From the NCBI GenBank assembly GCA_964016885.1, contig OZ024743.1, positions 315,828,001-315,892,000 on the forward strand: a stretch of DNA of 64,000 nucleotides. The letters run 5' to 3'. This stretch comes from Eledone cirrhosa. Taxonomy: Eukaryota. The translations under genes and the position numbers were made by a program. This document shows, in pieces, positions 11,061-24,220 of the stretch; position 1 is the first letter of the stretch, and every line of letters begins with the position of its first letter. Below the pieces are notes generated by a model. That model was not told the DNA's origin and searched no databases. It saw only the letters and a program-made list of their open reading frames with translations.

Positions 11061-11504
11061 ACTAGACCTGAATATTGCGCGAGCTCAAAAGGACCACAGA
11101 ATGTTATAATAAACCTTCAAAAGTGTGGGACTAGAGTTGTTGCTCAAAATATTGTAATCATTATCTATCGTACACTCTGTGGCATCCTTTTATAAAAAAG
11201 AGACTCATAACGAACTCAAGACGACACGATAATTATTTAAGTTAATGTTCAATATCTCATATTAGATGTTTAGTAATGATTAATACGAAATGCACTTAAA
11301 CCGAATTCGATATTATAAATTCACTTAAATAATTATCGTGTCGTCTTGAGTTCGTTATGAGTCGCTTTTTTATAAAAGGATGCCACAGAGTGTACGATAG
11401 ATAATGATTACAATATTTTTTAGCACAACTCTAGTCCCACACTTTTGAAGGTTTATTATAACATTATGTGGCTCTTTTGAGCTTGCGCATTTTTCAAGTC
11501 TAGT
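11061..11504. repeat. Fold-back inverted repeat (arms ~180 bp, spacer ~80 bp) after (TA)n
   Basis: 11061-11242 is the reverse complement of 11323-11504 with few mismatches. Confidence 0.9.
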
Positions 11505-12397
11505 TTAATATTTTTTTAAAGCAACGCTTGTAATAACTCTAGTTAAACATGATATATATTAATAATAAATTATCGTTGTAATGTAATTGGATTATATAAT
11601 TGTTATTTTATAAATGATCTTATAAATATTATTGTAAGATGTATAAAAATATTTTCAGACTTTTAATATAAACAACTACAAAAAACAATCAATATTAAAT
11701 AAATATATTTTACATAATAATTGTTATAGTTGAATTAATAAAAATTAAATATTACATACAAATAGTCTAACATAATAATAAAAAAATATTCTAACATAGT
11801 AATAATAAAATAATCTAACATAAAACGAACAATAATATAAACAAATATACATGTAAATATGATACAACCAATATTATAAGCATGTTATAACGAACTGAAA
11901 AAAAACTAGGTAATATAAATTTAACAAATAATATATAAATTAACAATATAACTTACCAAAACGAGAAAAATATTTTGATGATAAACGACGAAATACAGGA
12001 GGAAGATTCGAAAGCGAAACGAAAAATAAACGTGCAAACAAAGTGGCGGATGCTTTTGAGCAACAATTACTCTCATTGGTTGATTAGCCAATAAGACGAT
12101 CAAATTAGCCAATAAGACGATACATTACAAAAGATGTTTGGCAGTGATCACCACGGCCAGCGAAACCCCTTGAATTTTTTTATTCACAAGCTACGCATAT
12201 ATGTCAGACATGCAGACTTAAAACATTCTGTTGTTAATCACTGCGTGTCTAACAGATACAGAGAGGGAAAGAGAGAGGAGAGGGAGAGAGCGGGAGAGAG
12301 TGAAATATAACTTCTACATGATTAGAACTGTTTAATTCGTATGAGATCATCAGGAATGAACCAGTTCTAGTCTTGTAGAAGTCATCCCTCTATATAA

Positions 12398-12467
<70 letters not shown>

Positions 12468-12609
12468 GATGAATTTGTTTTGCGAGGTTTTTTATATGTA
12501 ATCGTGTCGAAACAAATATTGTTATACTTGGGGAGGGTCATATTGTTGTAATAATATTGCCAGAAATAATAACAGAAAACACTCAGTTTGGTCGGTTTAG
12601 CTTCTGTAT

Positions 12610-12683
<74 letters not shown>

Positions 12684-13190
12684 AGAAAAAAAGAGAATCA
12701 GTTTGCGACGAATGCAATTTATTGGACATATTACAATCTTTTCTCTGGGGACCAGCTCGAGGCACGATCGATGTCATGATCGAACCTGACTCTGAAAATC
12801 GCAAGGTTCTCAGATACGTCTTGATTCTACGAAGCAAATTTTCCTATGTCCTTTTACATCGATATATATACGTGTGTTGTTGTTGAAGACAACTATTGTT
12901 CAGTTTCAATTTTTTTAATTATTATCGTCTTATATTTTCTAAGGCATCTATACATTGTTTAAAGTCTGTAATGTTGTCAACGTCTCCAGACCATAACAGT
13001 AACATTATCAGAAGAGTTGTCTTTATATTTTACTGCTTTTTTTAATTCTAAGCATGTATGTTTATGCAGTTATAGCAAATCTTTGGCAAAATTCGCGGTT
13101 TTTTCTACCAGAATTTGAAACCTATACACACAAACACACACACACATACACACACACACTCACACACATATATATATATATACACGCACA

Positions 13191-13242
<52 letters not shown>

Positions 13243-13258
13243 AAGATATAAACAGATA

Positions 13259-13506
13259 CATACATATATGTGTTCAAATCATAAGGGACCAGGTTCGCTA
13301 GGGTGAATAAGATACTAACTATGAACAATACGATGCGAAACAGTTTTACCAAAGACTGTCTGGATGTTTGATAGTTATCACGGTTCGGCTTGTACTTTTT
13401 CTTAATTTATTATTTTAATTGAGTCTGGCAAACAGTATTGTTCATAGTTAGTATCTTATTCACCGTAGCGAATCTGGTCCCTTATGAGTTGAACACATAT
13501 ATGTAT
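13259..13506. repeat. Fold-back inverted repeat (arms ~72 bp)
   Basis: ~13259-13331 versus ~13434-13506. Confidence 0.85.
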
Positions 13507-13654
13507 ATATATTGTGTTTATCTCTCTTTATTATATTAAATTATATTATACAGCGGCTCGGAATTTTTTTTCCTTGAGCTACTTTAATTGTGAGGGACTA
13601 TTCTGAGAGTCTACCTTAATATATACTTTTGATTTATATATATATATATATATA

Positions 13655-14411
13655 TTTACGGAGAAAATCAGCAGTGCGGGGACCAAGGACACAAGCGGTC
13701 TCAACAGAGACCGCTACAAAGAAGAAGCGGTCGGTTAGGCCTCAGCAGTTAACTATCTTCCTCTCCTCCAAGTTGTGAGCAGCGGGTATATATATATATA
13801 TATACTTCATATATATATATATATGCGCGCGCGCGCGTGTGTGTCTGCTAGTTACCTATCTTCCTCTCTTCTGAGTTGCGAGCAGCGGGTATATATATAT
13901 GTATATATATATATATATAAGGAAACAAAGATGAAATCGAAAATGCAACTGGAGTCTTATTTTTAAAAAACCACAGACCCTCCATCTCAACCCTACCTTT
14001 GAAAAGCAGAAGACCTGCGAAACCGGTAAAGGAACCAATAAATATATATATTTTTTATATAATAAGACTCCAGTTGCATATATATATATATATTAGAAAG
14101 TGAGGTTTTTTTCACAATATGAAAAATAACCGAGGTGTCCTACACGAGTGAAAGTATAAGGAAAAAAGATGAAATCGAAAATGCAACTGGAGTCTTATTA
14201 TATAAAAAATATATATATTTATTGGTTCCTTTACCGGTTTCGCAGATCTTCTGCTTTTCAAAGTTTTTTTAAAAATAAGACTCCAGTTGCATTTTCGATT
14301 TCACCTTTTTTTCCTTATATATATATACGCGCTGCTCGCAACTCAGAAGAGAGGAAGATAGGTAACTAGCAGACACACACGCGCGCGCGCGCGCATATAT
14401 ATATATATATG

Positions 14412-14469
<58 letters not shown>

Positions 14470-14499
14470 CATATATATATATGCGCATATATATATATG

Positions 14500-14548
<49 letters not shown>

Positions 14549-14678
14549 CGCTTCTCACAACTTGGAGGAGAGGAAGATAGTTAACTGCTGAGGCCTAACC
14601 GACCGCTTCTTCTTTGTAGCGGTCTCTGTTGAGACCGCTTGTGTCCTTGGTCCCCGCACTGCTGATTTTCTCCGTAAA
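13655..14678. repeat. ~1-kb nested palindrome with internal duplications and (TA)n
   Basis: Inverted pairs 13655-13790/14545-14678, 13824-13890/14325-14395, 13918-13970/14263-14318 and 13997-14079/14182-14263. Confidence 0.88.
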
Positions 14679-17361
14679 GTCGGAAAGTCGGAGACCTGCT
14701 TGAGGAGGGACCCCTGTGAGATGGGTTGGCAGTGGGTGTCTCTGGCCATTCTCCGTGGTAACACTTTTGCCGTTTTATCTGCGGGGCGCAGCTTAAGCAC
14801 CACTCAGACTGGGGTGCAATGGATTTCTCTCCCATCTCCCTTTCTTTCACTACTTCATCCTTCTTTCTTTTTCTCTTTTTTCCTTTTCTTTTTTCTTCTT
14901 CTTTTTCCGTTTTCTTTACAATAGCTTGTATTGAGTCTCACAATAAAGTATTCATCCCGAAAAAGCAATTGGGAGACATACTTTTAGCCATGGAAATTTT
15001 GTTTAATTTACATTCAATTTTAGACAGACGATGATTTTGTTGTTTTTTAAAGTTTCGAGAGATTTTAGTCACGATTAAATTTAAAGTTATTCTCAGCTTG
15101 ATATTTGTTTTCCTTAACAATACTCCACTTCTATAATTAAATTTGATTATACATACTTAGCTTCCATGAAATACGTGGTGATTGTGTGTTTGAAGTGCTG
15201 TTTGGCTTATTTCTACACTTATATTATATGTAAGTTAATATATCATAAATATGCTATAAGTCTGTTAATTGATATCTATATAATTTGCATGTATGTGAAT
15301 TATTTGTATATTTGAAGTGTCTGACGGGATGCTTGGCTATTTTTTTTTATCTATGCTACTCTATATTCTTCGCTTACTTATTATATAGAAATATTGGTAT
15401 GTAATTTTATCTTATTTTTATATTAACGTTTTCATAAATTGGTATGTTGTCTTAGCATTGGCAATAATTACATTGGTCACCATATTATATATGTGTATAT
15501 AGGTGTGTGTGAGAGCGCGTGTGTGTGTTTTTGTGTGTATGATGTATGTGTGTATGTGTGTCTCGTAATTTTGCATGTATGTATGCATGTTTGCATGTAT
15601 TTATGTATGTATATATGTATACATGTATGTGTGTATGCATGCATGTATGGATTTATCTATCTATGCTTGTATGTATTTATCTATCTATGCATGTATGTAT
15701 TTATCTTTATATGCATAAAACCAGGAAAACAAACTCCGAAGAATTATATAATTTCTGGTCAAACAGACTGACTGGCGTCGTGGAGAAAAAGTTCAAAGGG
15801 ATATAATTTCCATGTAGCAACCAATTTCTATATAATTTACCATTCTGTTGAATTACTAATTTAGACTCTGCTAAATTGTTTAACAAAATTATCAAATGTA
15901 GCTGTCAGTAAAATTAAACCTATTTTAGTATAAACAGAAAATGACTTCGGCGCCATTGTTATTTTTCTCTCGTACGCATAGACGAGAATCACATGAGAGT
16001 TCTCTCCCTCTCTCATCATGTCCGCAAAACACTCCATGACTCATATTATACCAATGTTATATTCAGTTAAACCAAGCACGAGAACTTTTGTGCGTTCGGT
16101 CGCTCAAAGTTTAAGCAGTAGCTAAACCTCCCTTACATTTTCAAACAAAAGAAAAACGCACTAAGTAATACACATCCTTCCATGGGCGCTTATCTCCAGA
16201 GTTTGACCAGGGGTTAAATAATAACAGCAACTATGTCATTCTCCCTCATTCAGTCTCCCTCATCCAGTCACCCTCATCCAGTCTCACTCAGCCTCTCTCA
16301 GTCCTCTGCAGGGATTCCAAGAAAAAAATAGCATGTTTGAATCAGCTTTTTCGTGTTCTAATATGGCTTCAGTTCTCGTTCGCATAGACGAGAATCTCAC
16401 AAGATTTCCACCTTTCATCATGTCTATGAAAGACTCTAATTTATGCCACGTTTCAGTGGGGTAGCAGCCCGCCATACATGCTGTTGTTCAACGTTGTGAA
16501 AATAGCAGCCAAATATCCCACAAATTTTCACTCTATTGTTTTGAAGAAAAAAAAAAAAAGAAAAACGCACATACAGACACACACAAACCTAACAGCATAC
16601 ATCAATAAGCTTCATTGCCGTAATAAAAACGCCACTTAATATTATTACCATATACCATATTAAAACTTGTTTAAGTTACAAATACGAGAAGATGGGATAG
16701 TTTTAGATTTTGCTACAGTCGGCGCTATGAAAGGGAGCGATCTTCGGTCTTTCCATTGTGGACAGGGTCTTCCGGTCGCAACTGCTGACAGAAGGATGCG
16801 GGATCAGATATCACCACTCTGCCGCACCCAGACAGTATTTTTTTTTTTTCGTATCTATCGACAAGTTCCCAGACTTCATTCGCTTCCCAAGTGCGGTGGA
16901 GCTCGTCAAATCAGACTAAGGAAACAATGTTTCCATTAATCTTTCGGTAGCTGATACTATCGAACGGTCACAAATCCTGACAGAATGAGCAACATGAAAA
17001 TAATGTTTCTAGCTAAAGGACATGACTCATTGCCCGATCCGTGAATCGATCTCGTAACCTGACGATTACAAATCCAATCCTCTAACCACTCAGCCCGAAA
17101 GGATGAAAGGCTAGGTTAACTTCAGTGGTATTTGAACTGTGAGTGCCGATAGCTGGAACAAATACCTCAGCATTTAATCCGAGATGTTAACGACACTAGA
17201 GTAACATTACCTTAGTCGTGACTAAAACAAACATTTGAAAACTTCATTGAGATATATCTTATATGTTTGTAATTACTTTGTCACGCAGCCACCACTAACG
17301 TTAGACAATCTGTTTTGTTTTGGTTTCCCCTAATATAACGACTTGATTTACTAACGCCTAC

Positions 17362-17454
17362 GTTAGTCTCTGACATGTGCTGCACGATTCACAGTCGGCA
17401 TCTGGAATGTTTCCGTCGATCACTGTTAAATATAAGTTCAGATGTCTGTTTAAG
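17362..17454 (-). other. Possible internal coding exon (93 bp, phase 2-2)
   Basis: Acceptor TTTTCCCCTGTAG, open frame LNRHLNLYLTVIDGNIPDADCESCSTCQRL, donor AC|GTAGGC. No homology recognised. Confidence 0.3.
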
Positions 17455-18051
17455 CTACAGGGGAAAATATTGGTTTGAGAATACTGGAGAGCTAAAATAT
17501 TGATAACAACCGTTTGTTCTGATAGAACGGCTTTCTGCGCTCTGAGATCAAATCTCGCAGGGAACAAGTTTGCAACTTGACCTTTCGGGTCAGTCAAACA
17601 AATAAACGCTGAATTGATGGAATTGTTACTGCGTCGAACAAGATACCTTGCGATGTATTTTTTAGCTCTTCATATTCTATATTCAAATCCCACTGTTTCT
17701 TGGGTGACTATTCTGTTGTAAGCATTTAAGCATTTGGGTCATATCTCCGGTTTAAGGATAACTTATTTCCACCTGTTATGGAAGCCCCGAAAAAGGTTCA
17801 TGGGCTCTGATCTACCCTCCTTGTCTAACCAGTGCATATCAAATGTCTTCTTATGTCATGTTCTTATGTTCTTATGTCGTATGGACGCATGTATAGCCGT
17901 GTGGAAATGCTATATTTTTTTTTTAGCTTTTTCACTATATTTTTCACTATCGTTGAAATGCTAGAAGCATAATAAAGGTGATTGAGTTCTGTAATATCAA
18001 CATCATTAGTTACAATTATATTTTAGGAGCAATGCAGATCTTACCAATTAC

Positions 18052-18216
18052 TTAGATTTTTGTTTAGAATTACGAACTTTTAGAAGAGTGTCACGTTCAT
18101 CCATATTGGTTTCCTTAACCTTCAGCAATTCAATTATGACTTGATCCGTCGGATCAATTAGTTCGACTGGGTCAACCTCTATTTGACTTGCAACATCTAT
18201 TTGATTTTCAAAATAG
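18052..18216 (-). other. Possible internal coding exon (165 bp, phase 2-2)
   Basis: Acceptor TTTTATTTTCCAG, open frame YFENQIDVASQIEVDPVELIDP...KQKS, donor AA|GTAATT. Phase-compatible with 17362-17454. Confidence 0.35.
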
Positions 18217-18732
18217 CTGGAAAATAAAATTGAATGTAAAATCATGGTGCGAAGGTAAGTTTCTTGAGTTCCTTATTATGTGAGCCCGTTTCACTTCTTC
18301 GTTGTAATTATTTCACTTATCTCGACGATACTTTTCTCAGAAAAATATATTCAATATATGGAACATTTTGGAGGATGAATCGATAACAGAGTCCGTAAGT
18401 TTTAATGCTTTTACGTACAGTCAATTGTTATATATGCGCTAATTTATTTAATTTTTATTATAAGACTGACTGAGTCAGATATTATTTACTGTAGACGAAA
18501 GATTTTTTAAATAGCATAGTCATAAATGGAGGGAGGTATAGTGCCTGTCCCTCCTTCTCTCCCTTTCTATCGTTGCTTGATCCTATTTTCTTTTTCTTTT
18601 TATTTCCTTTTTTCTTCCTTTTATGTTCCTTTTAATAGGGTGTTTTGTTTTTATTTAATACTGCTCAATTATTTTTATCTAATTATATCCTAAAAATAAA
18701 AGTTTATTTTTATTATTACTTTCTCATAAAAA

Positions 18733-19355
18733 GGGCGGTGGATTGGCAGTATCGGTAGAGGGTTGGATGCAATGCTTTGCAGCATAGAATAACGGCCCTT
18801 TGTGATCTGAGTTCATCCCTACGGGGTCTATAAAATAAAGTACCAGTCACGCACTGAGGTCGATTTAATCGACCCAACCCAACCCAACTCCTAAATTGCT
18901 GGCCTTGAAACCATTATTACTTTCTAATAAAGGTTGGTGTATTGGCAAACTCGTTAGACCGTCGGACAAAACGCTTTACGATGTTTATTCCAGTCCTTTA
19001 CGTTCTGAATTCGGATCCTTCCGAAGTCAGATTTATCTTACATCCTTCTGGCGTTCATAAAATAAGATATCAGACAAACTGGGATCGATGTAATTGACTT
19101 CTGCCTTCCTATAAATTGTGGTCTTTTGCCAAAATTAGAAACCTTTATTATTTTCTCATAAAAAGGGCAATGAATTGGCAGTATCGGTAGAGGGTCGGAC
19201 ACCATGCTTTCCAGCATAGTTACGTCCCTTTACGATCTGAGTTCAAATCCCGCCGAGGTTGACTTTGCCTTTCATCCTTACGGGGTCGATAAAATAAAGT
19301 ACCAGTAATGTACTGGGAAATTGCTGGCCTTGTGCCAAATGTAGAAACAATTATT
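18733..19355 (+). mobile_element. Three head-to-tail tRNA-derived SINE copies
   Basis: Heads TTGGCAGTATCGGTAGA (A box) and GAGTTCAAATCC (B box), shared core, tail GCTGGCCTTGTGCC...AGAAACAATTATT; starts ~18733, ~18931 and ~19165. Confidence 0.8.
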
Positions 19356-19419
19356 TTCTCATAAATATTTTCGTTGCAAATCCTGCAGCATCTTCGGATT
19401 TTGACTTCTACTTTAGTTG

Positions 19420-20200
19420 TGAGTTGCTAAGGTTGGTTGCTATGGTGTGTTGCTGAGTTTGGTTGCTATGATGTGTTTCTAAGATCTGTTGCAAAAGTTG
19501 GTTGGTATGATGTGTTGCTGAGATGTGTTGCTAAGGTTGGTTGCTAAGATCTGTTGCTAAGGTGTGTTGCTATGATGTGTTGCTGAGATGTGTTGCTAAG
19601 GTTGGTTGCTATGAGATGTTGCTAAGGTTGGTTGCTAAGATGTGTTGCTGAGATTGGTTGCTATGATGTGTTGCAGAGATGTGTTGCTAAGGTTGGTTGC
19701 TATGGTGTGATGCTAAGGTTGGTTGCTATGATGTGTTCCTAAGATGTGTTGCTAGGGTCGGTTGCTAAGATGTGTTGCTATGATGTGTTGCTTAGGTTGG
19801 TTGTTATGTGTTACTAATATCTGTTGTTAAGGTTGGTTGCTATGATGTGTTGCTAAGGTTGGTTGCTATGATGTGTTGTTAAGATCTGTTGCTAGGGCTG
19901 GTTGATATGATGTGTTGCTGAGATGTGTTGCTGAGATGTGTTGCTAAGGTTGGTTGCTATGGTGTGTTCCTAAGATGTGATGCTAGGGTCGGTTGCTACG
20001 ATCTGTTGCTAAGGTTGCTTGCTATGATGTGTTGCTAAGGTTGCTTGCTATGATGTGTTGCTATATCGTGTTGCTAAGGCTGGTTGTTATGATGGGTTGC
20101 TAAGATGTATTACTATGTCCTGTTGCTAAGATTGGTTGCTATGATGTGTTGCTATGACATGTTGCTAAGGTGGGTTGCTATGATGTGTTGCTAAGATGTT
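19420..20200. repeat. Minisatellite of ~13-bp units (GTTGCTAAGGTTG / GTTGCTATGATGT)
   Basis: Direct reading. Confidence 0.92.
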
Positions 20201-20535
20201 GTGATATGCTGAATTCAAAACATTTTCTGAACACATATTTTGCTCAGGATTGAACATGTAAACCCCTTCATTCAATTGTCACATTTATTACATACCTACA
20301 GAGTGCCACCCTTCCCCCACGTCCATTCTCACTACATAAAGGAACATCCCAGACACCTATTAAAGCACCTGCATGTCTGGCAAAACACAGTCACATAACT
20401 GCGACCACACCTCCCCACATGTATAGCTGTACTATTTAATACAACTTTCGTCCACAGTAAATAAATTCTGACTCAGACAGTCTCATTGCTGATCGCTCCT
20501 CTCAGGACGGGCTTAACTTGACAGCTAGCTTCAGA

Positions 20536-20551
20536 TGTGTGTGTGTCTGTA

Positions 20552-20617
<66 letters not shown>

Positions 20618-20966
20618 TGCGTGTGTGTCTGTGTGTGTCTGTGTGTGTGTCTGTGTGTGTCTGTGTGTGTGTCTGTGTGTGTCTGTGTGTGTCTGTGTGT
20701 GTGTGTATCTGTGTGTGTGTGTGTGTGTCTGTGTGTGTGTCTGTGTGTGTCTGTGTGTGTCTGTGTGTGTGTTTGTGTGTGTCTGTGTGTGTGTCTGTGT
20801 GTGTCTGTGTGTGTCTGTGTGTGTCCGTGTGTGTGTCTGTGTGTGTGTCTGTGTGTGTCTGTGTGTGTCTGTGTGTGTGTTTGTGTGTGTCTGTGTGTGT
20901 GTTTGTGTGTGTCTGTGTGTGTCCGTGTGTGTGTCTGTGTGTGTCTGTGTGTGTCTCTGTGTGTGT
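20536..20966. repeat. (GT)n/(GTCT) compound microsatellite
   Basis: Direct reading. Confidence 0.95.
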
Positions 20967-22881
20967 TTTCTAACTGGCTATACCTAAAACTTCTAAACAT
21001 TACAGATTCTATGCATATATATATCGAACTTTTTCTTGTAAAGTCAAAAGGAAGGACAATGGAAACAAATTAGTTTAAAATTGCTGTGAAATAAAAATCA
21101 AAACAAAAGTCTACGAAGAAAATTTCTTTTTCTAAAAAAGAACAGAATGAACGTTGGCAATGATTTAAAAGATACGATACTAATGACTTCTTTCCTTTCT
21201 TTTGACTAGACATGATATATATAGGTGGAGGGAGGAGGAGGAGGTGGAGGAGGAGGAGGCGGAGGAGGATATATACGTATGTGGTGCAAAGATCGCAACC
21301 ACATGGTCACCAAAATCCTTATATACCCTACCCATCGACAGTACACACACACCCCAATATAAACCACAAAGAAACTTGACAAGCTTCTTGGAGTCTGAAT
21401 ACGGCGCCAGCAGCTATTGAAATAAATAAATGAATAAATAAATAAATCAATCAATTAATCAGACTAATTCTTTAACCTATGTCAACCGTAGCGACTGACA
21501 CACTCGATAAGTTGACATCTTAGTCTCGTGTCAATCTCCAGATTTTTAACTAGGGTAGTATCTCCCGCACCTTGGTTGCCTACAGGCACCGTTATGTACA
21601 TCATATGTCCTTGGCTCGAGAGCCACCTCCCTACTCACCACAATCAGCATGGAGTTGGCTACCCGCAGATGTCGGCCTCACGAGCTCGAATGGCTCTTCC
21701 AACGTATCTCCCTCACCTTCCTCCTGGAAAACGCCTCCTCTATTTTGTCCGTCGGGTCCGTGGGACCCCATTTGCTTATAATAGTGAGAGATGGAGAAAG
21801 CGAGAGAGACAAAGGCAGTGACTATAGCAGCATTGCTGAAGTATTTTATATAATTAAGTAATTTCGTTAAATACCTTATTCAACTGTTATTCTTCAGTGA
21901 CAGAGAACTCAGTAGAATACACATTTTATGTTTGGATCAATATGTTCATACAAGAACGAGACAAAGTCAACCATTTCATCTACCTGTATATGCTTACTAC
22001 TATCATCGTGTTCCTAACTACGGTGGTATATCAAAAATAGAATCATTGTAGCTTAACACCTGACTGATGAGAAAACGTGAAAGTGTCATTATGAAATTAC
22101 TTTGGTGTCTTGGAAATACGTATAACAGGATTATATAATAAACAGAAGATATATACTTAAAACCTTCTCTCTTCTTTATAGTATTGACACCCCGTCTGAT
22201 ACCTTATCGACAATACTTTAAGGGACCCAAATCGTGGAGCGCTTTATGTCTGTTTACACTATGGTCAGTCGATTAATTTATCAACTAATATTTCATATAT
22301 ACATATATATATATGTGTGGTGTGTGTGTGTATGTGTGTGTGTGTTAAAGTCCTACTCGAAAATAAAAAGAGAAAAATAGACAATTGACTGGATCAGTAT
22401 GTATGAAAATTAAAACAAATAGCAAAGTTCGAACTCGGAATCTACAGTAATAAAACTAGTAATGTCGTTATATAATCTATTTTGGATATATGCAGCAATA
22501 ATTTAAAATATCGATCATAAATCGATTGATACTAGCGAAAGGTCGTGAACTTTAAACATTAATATCATTCCTATGTGTGCGTATTTGTGAATACGTGTGT
22601 ATGTTTGTATGAATGTGTATGTGTATGAATGTGCAGCTGAGTGTGTTAATGTGTATGTGTGTGAGTATGTGTAAATGTGATTGCGTTAATGTGTGTGTAT
22701 GTGTTTGTACTCGTAGACAACCGTGAGTAGATGTGTGTATGGACGCGTGGGTAGACGTGTGCGGGTTTGTGTTGGAGGGGTCGATGGTGTGTATTTTGTT
22801 TATTTGTTTGGATTGAGATAGAATATGTGAGAGACAAGAGGAGAAAAAATAAAAGAAAGAATAAAAGAAAGAAAGAGAGAC

Positions 22882-22917
<36 letters not shown>

Positions 22918-23374
22918 GAGACATTGTTGAGGTCAGTTTTAATATGTCTTGTCGCTTACAATCACAACTGTTCATTCTCCAAAGACAATTGAAGAAGTGA
23001 TAAGGATAAGAAGAAGACAGCATCTCTAAATGCCCTTTCCAAGGGAATTTTCAAGTGGACACTTGAAATTTGAAATTTGAAAATTAAAAGTTAGGAAAGA
23101 AGAATTTTAAAACTTAAATCTACTTGAAAAAAATCTGAACAATTTCAACTTTTTGATGAATTCTAAGAGTCTCGAGAACTTTCGCAAAAAATGGTTGTTA
23201 TTGATGATCAATGGATTTCTAAATTATAAATTGAAAATACGAAATGTTTAACAAGATCGTTGAACTTTTCATCTTTAATGCATGAACGAAGTGTTGTGTA
23301 ATATTTTCTAACTTTTGCACAAGGACACAACTTGTGGCTGGTGTTGCTGTTGCTGTTACTACTTTGGCTCTTTG

Positions 23375-23560
23375 TTTGGCAGTAGAATCGGTAGAGGGTC
23401 GGACGCCATACTTTCCAGCATAGTTACGTCCCTTTACGATCTGAGTTCAGATCCCGCCGAAGTTGACTTTGCCTTTCATCATTGCGGGGTCGATAAAATA
23501 AAATACCAGTAATGTACTGGGTAATTTCTGGCCTTGTGCCTAAAGTAGAAACAGTTATCT
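23375..23560 (+). mobile_element. tRNA-derived SINE
   Basis: Same family as 19165-19355. Confidence 0.8.
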
Positions 23561-23564
23561 TTTG

Positions 23565-23712
23565 TCCTCCTCCTCCTCCTCTTCCTCTTCCTCTATGTCT
23601 TCTTCTTCTTCTTCTTCTTCTTCTTCTTCTTCTTCTTCTTCTTCTTCTTCTTCTTCTTCTTCTTCTTCTTCTTCTTCTTCTTCTTCTTCTTCTTCTTCTA
23701 CTACTTCTTCTT

Positions 23713-23768
<56 letters not shown>

Positions 23769-23770
23769 TT
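23565..23770. repeat. (CCT)n(CTT)n(CTA)n triplet microsatellite
   Basis: Direct reading. Confidence 0.95.
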
Positions 23771-23909
23771 CAAAAATATAGCCTCCTGAAAAAAATCTTT
23801 TCACTCTCTGACCGTGAAGAAGCACGTGCGAACACCGTCACCACCACAAGCAACAACAACACCACTGTTTCCACACAGATTGACTTTCCTACTTTAATTA
23901 GTAGCAGCT

Positions 23910-24215
23910 AGACAACCATCCAACGAGCCAGACAACCAGTAGGTCAACCAGCCCAACAACCATCCAACCTGACAGCCAGTCAACGAGCCAAACAACTACT
24001 TTACCAGCCAGCTAACCATCCAACCAGCCAGTCAACCAGCCAGACAACCAGACAACCAGTAGGTCAACCAGCCCAACAACCATCCAACCAGCCAGACAGC
24101 CTGATAGCCAGTAGCCAGCCGACCAACCATTGAGCCAGCTAATCAGCTGACCTGAAAAGCAGGCAGCCACCAAGCGAACCAGTAAGACACCCAAAATTTA
24201 GTTAAGCAACCATCT
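23910..24215. repeat. Degenerate CAAC/CAGC tetranucleotide repeat
   Basis: Direct reading; similar sequence resumes after 26013. Confidence 0.75.
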
Positions 24216-24220
24216 AATAA

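Noticed and set aside
14938-15130. Lys-rich 60-aa minus-strand ORF
   Set aside because: Could be an exon or retroelement piece, but no motif supports either.
21500-21775. GC-rich segment resembling a LINE 5' UTR
   Set aside because: No second copy or diagnostic motif in the window.
22058-22095. CTGATGA...GAAA hammerhead-like string
   Set aside because: No stem II or stem III pairing can be drawn.
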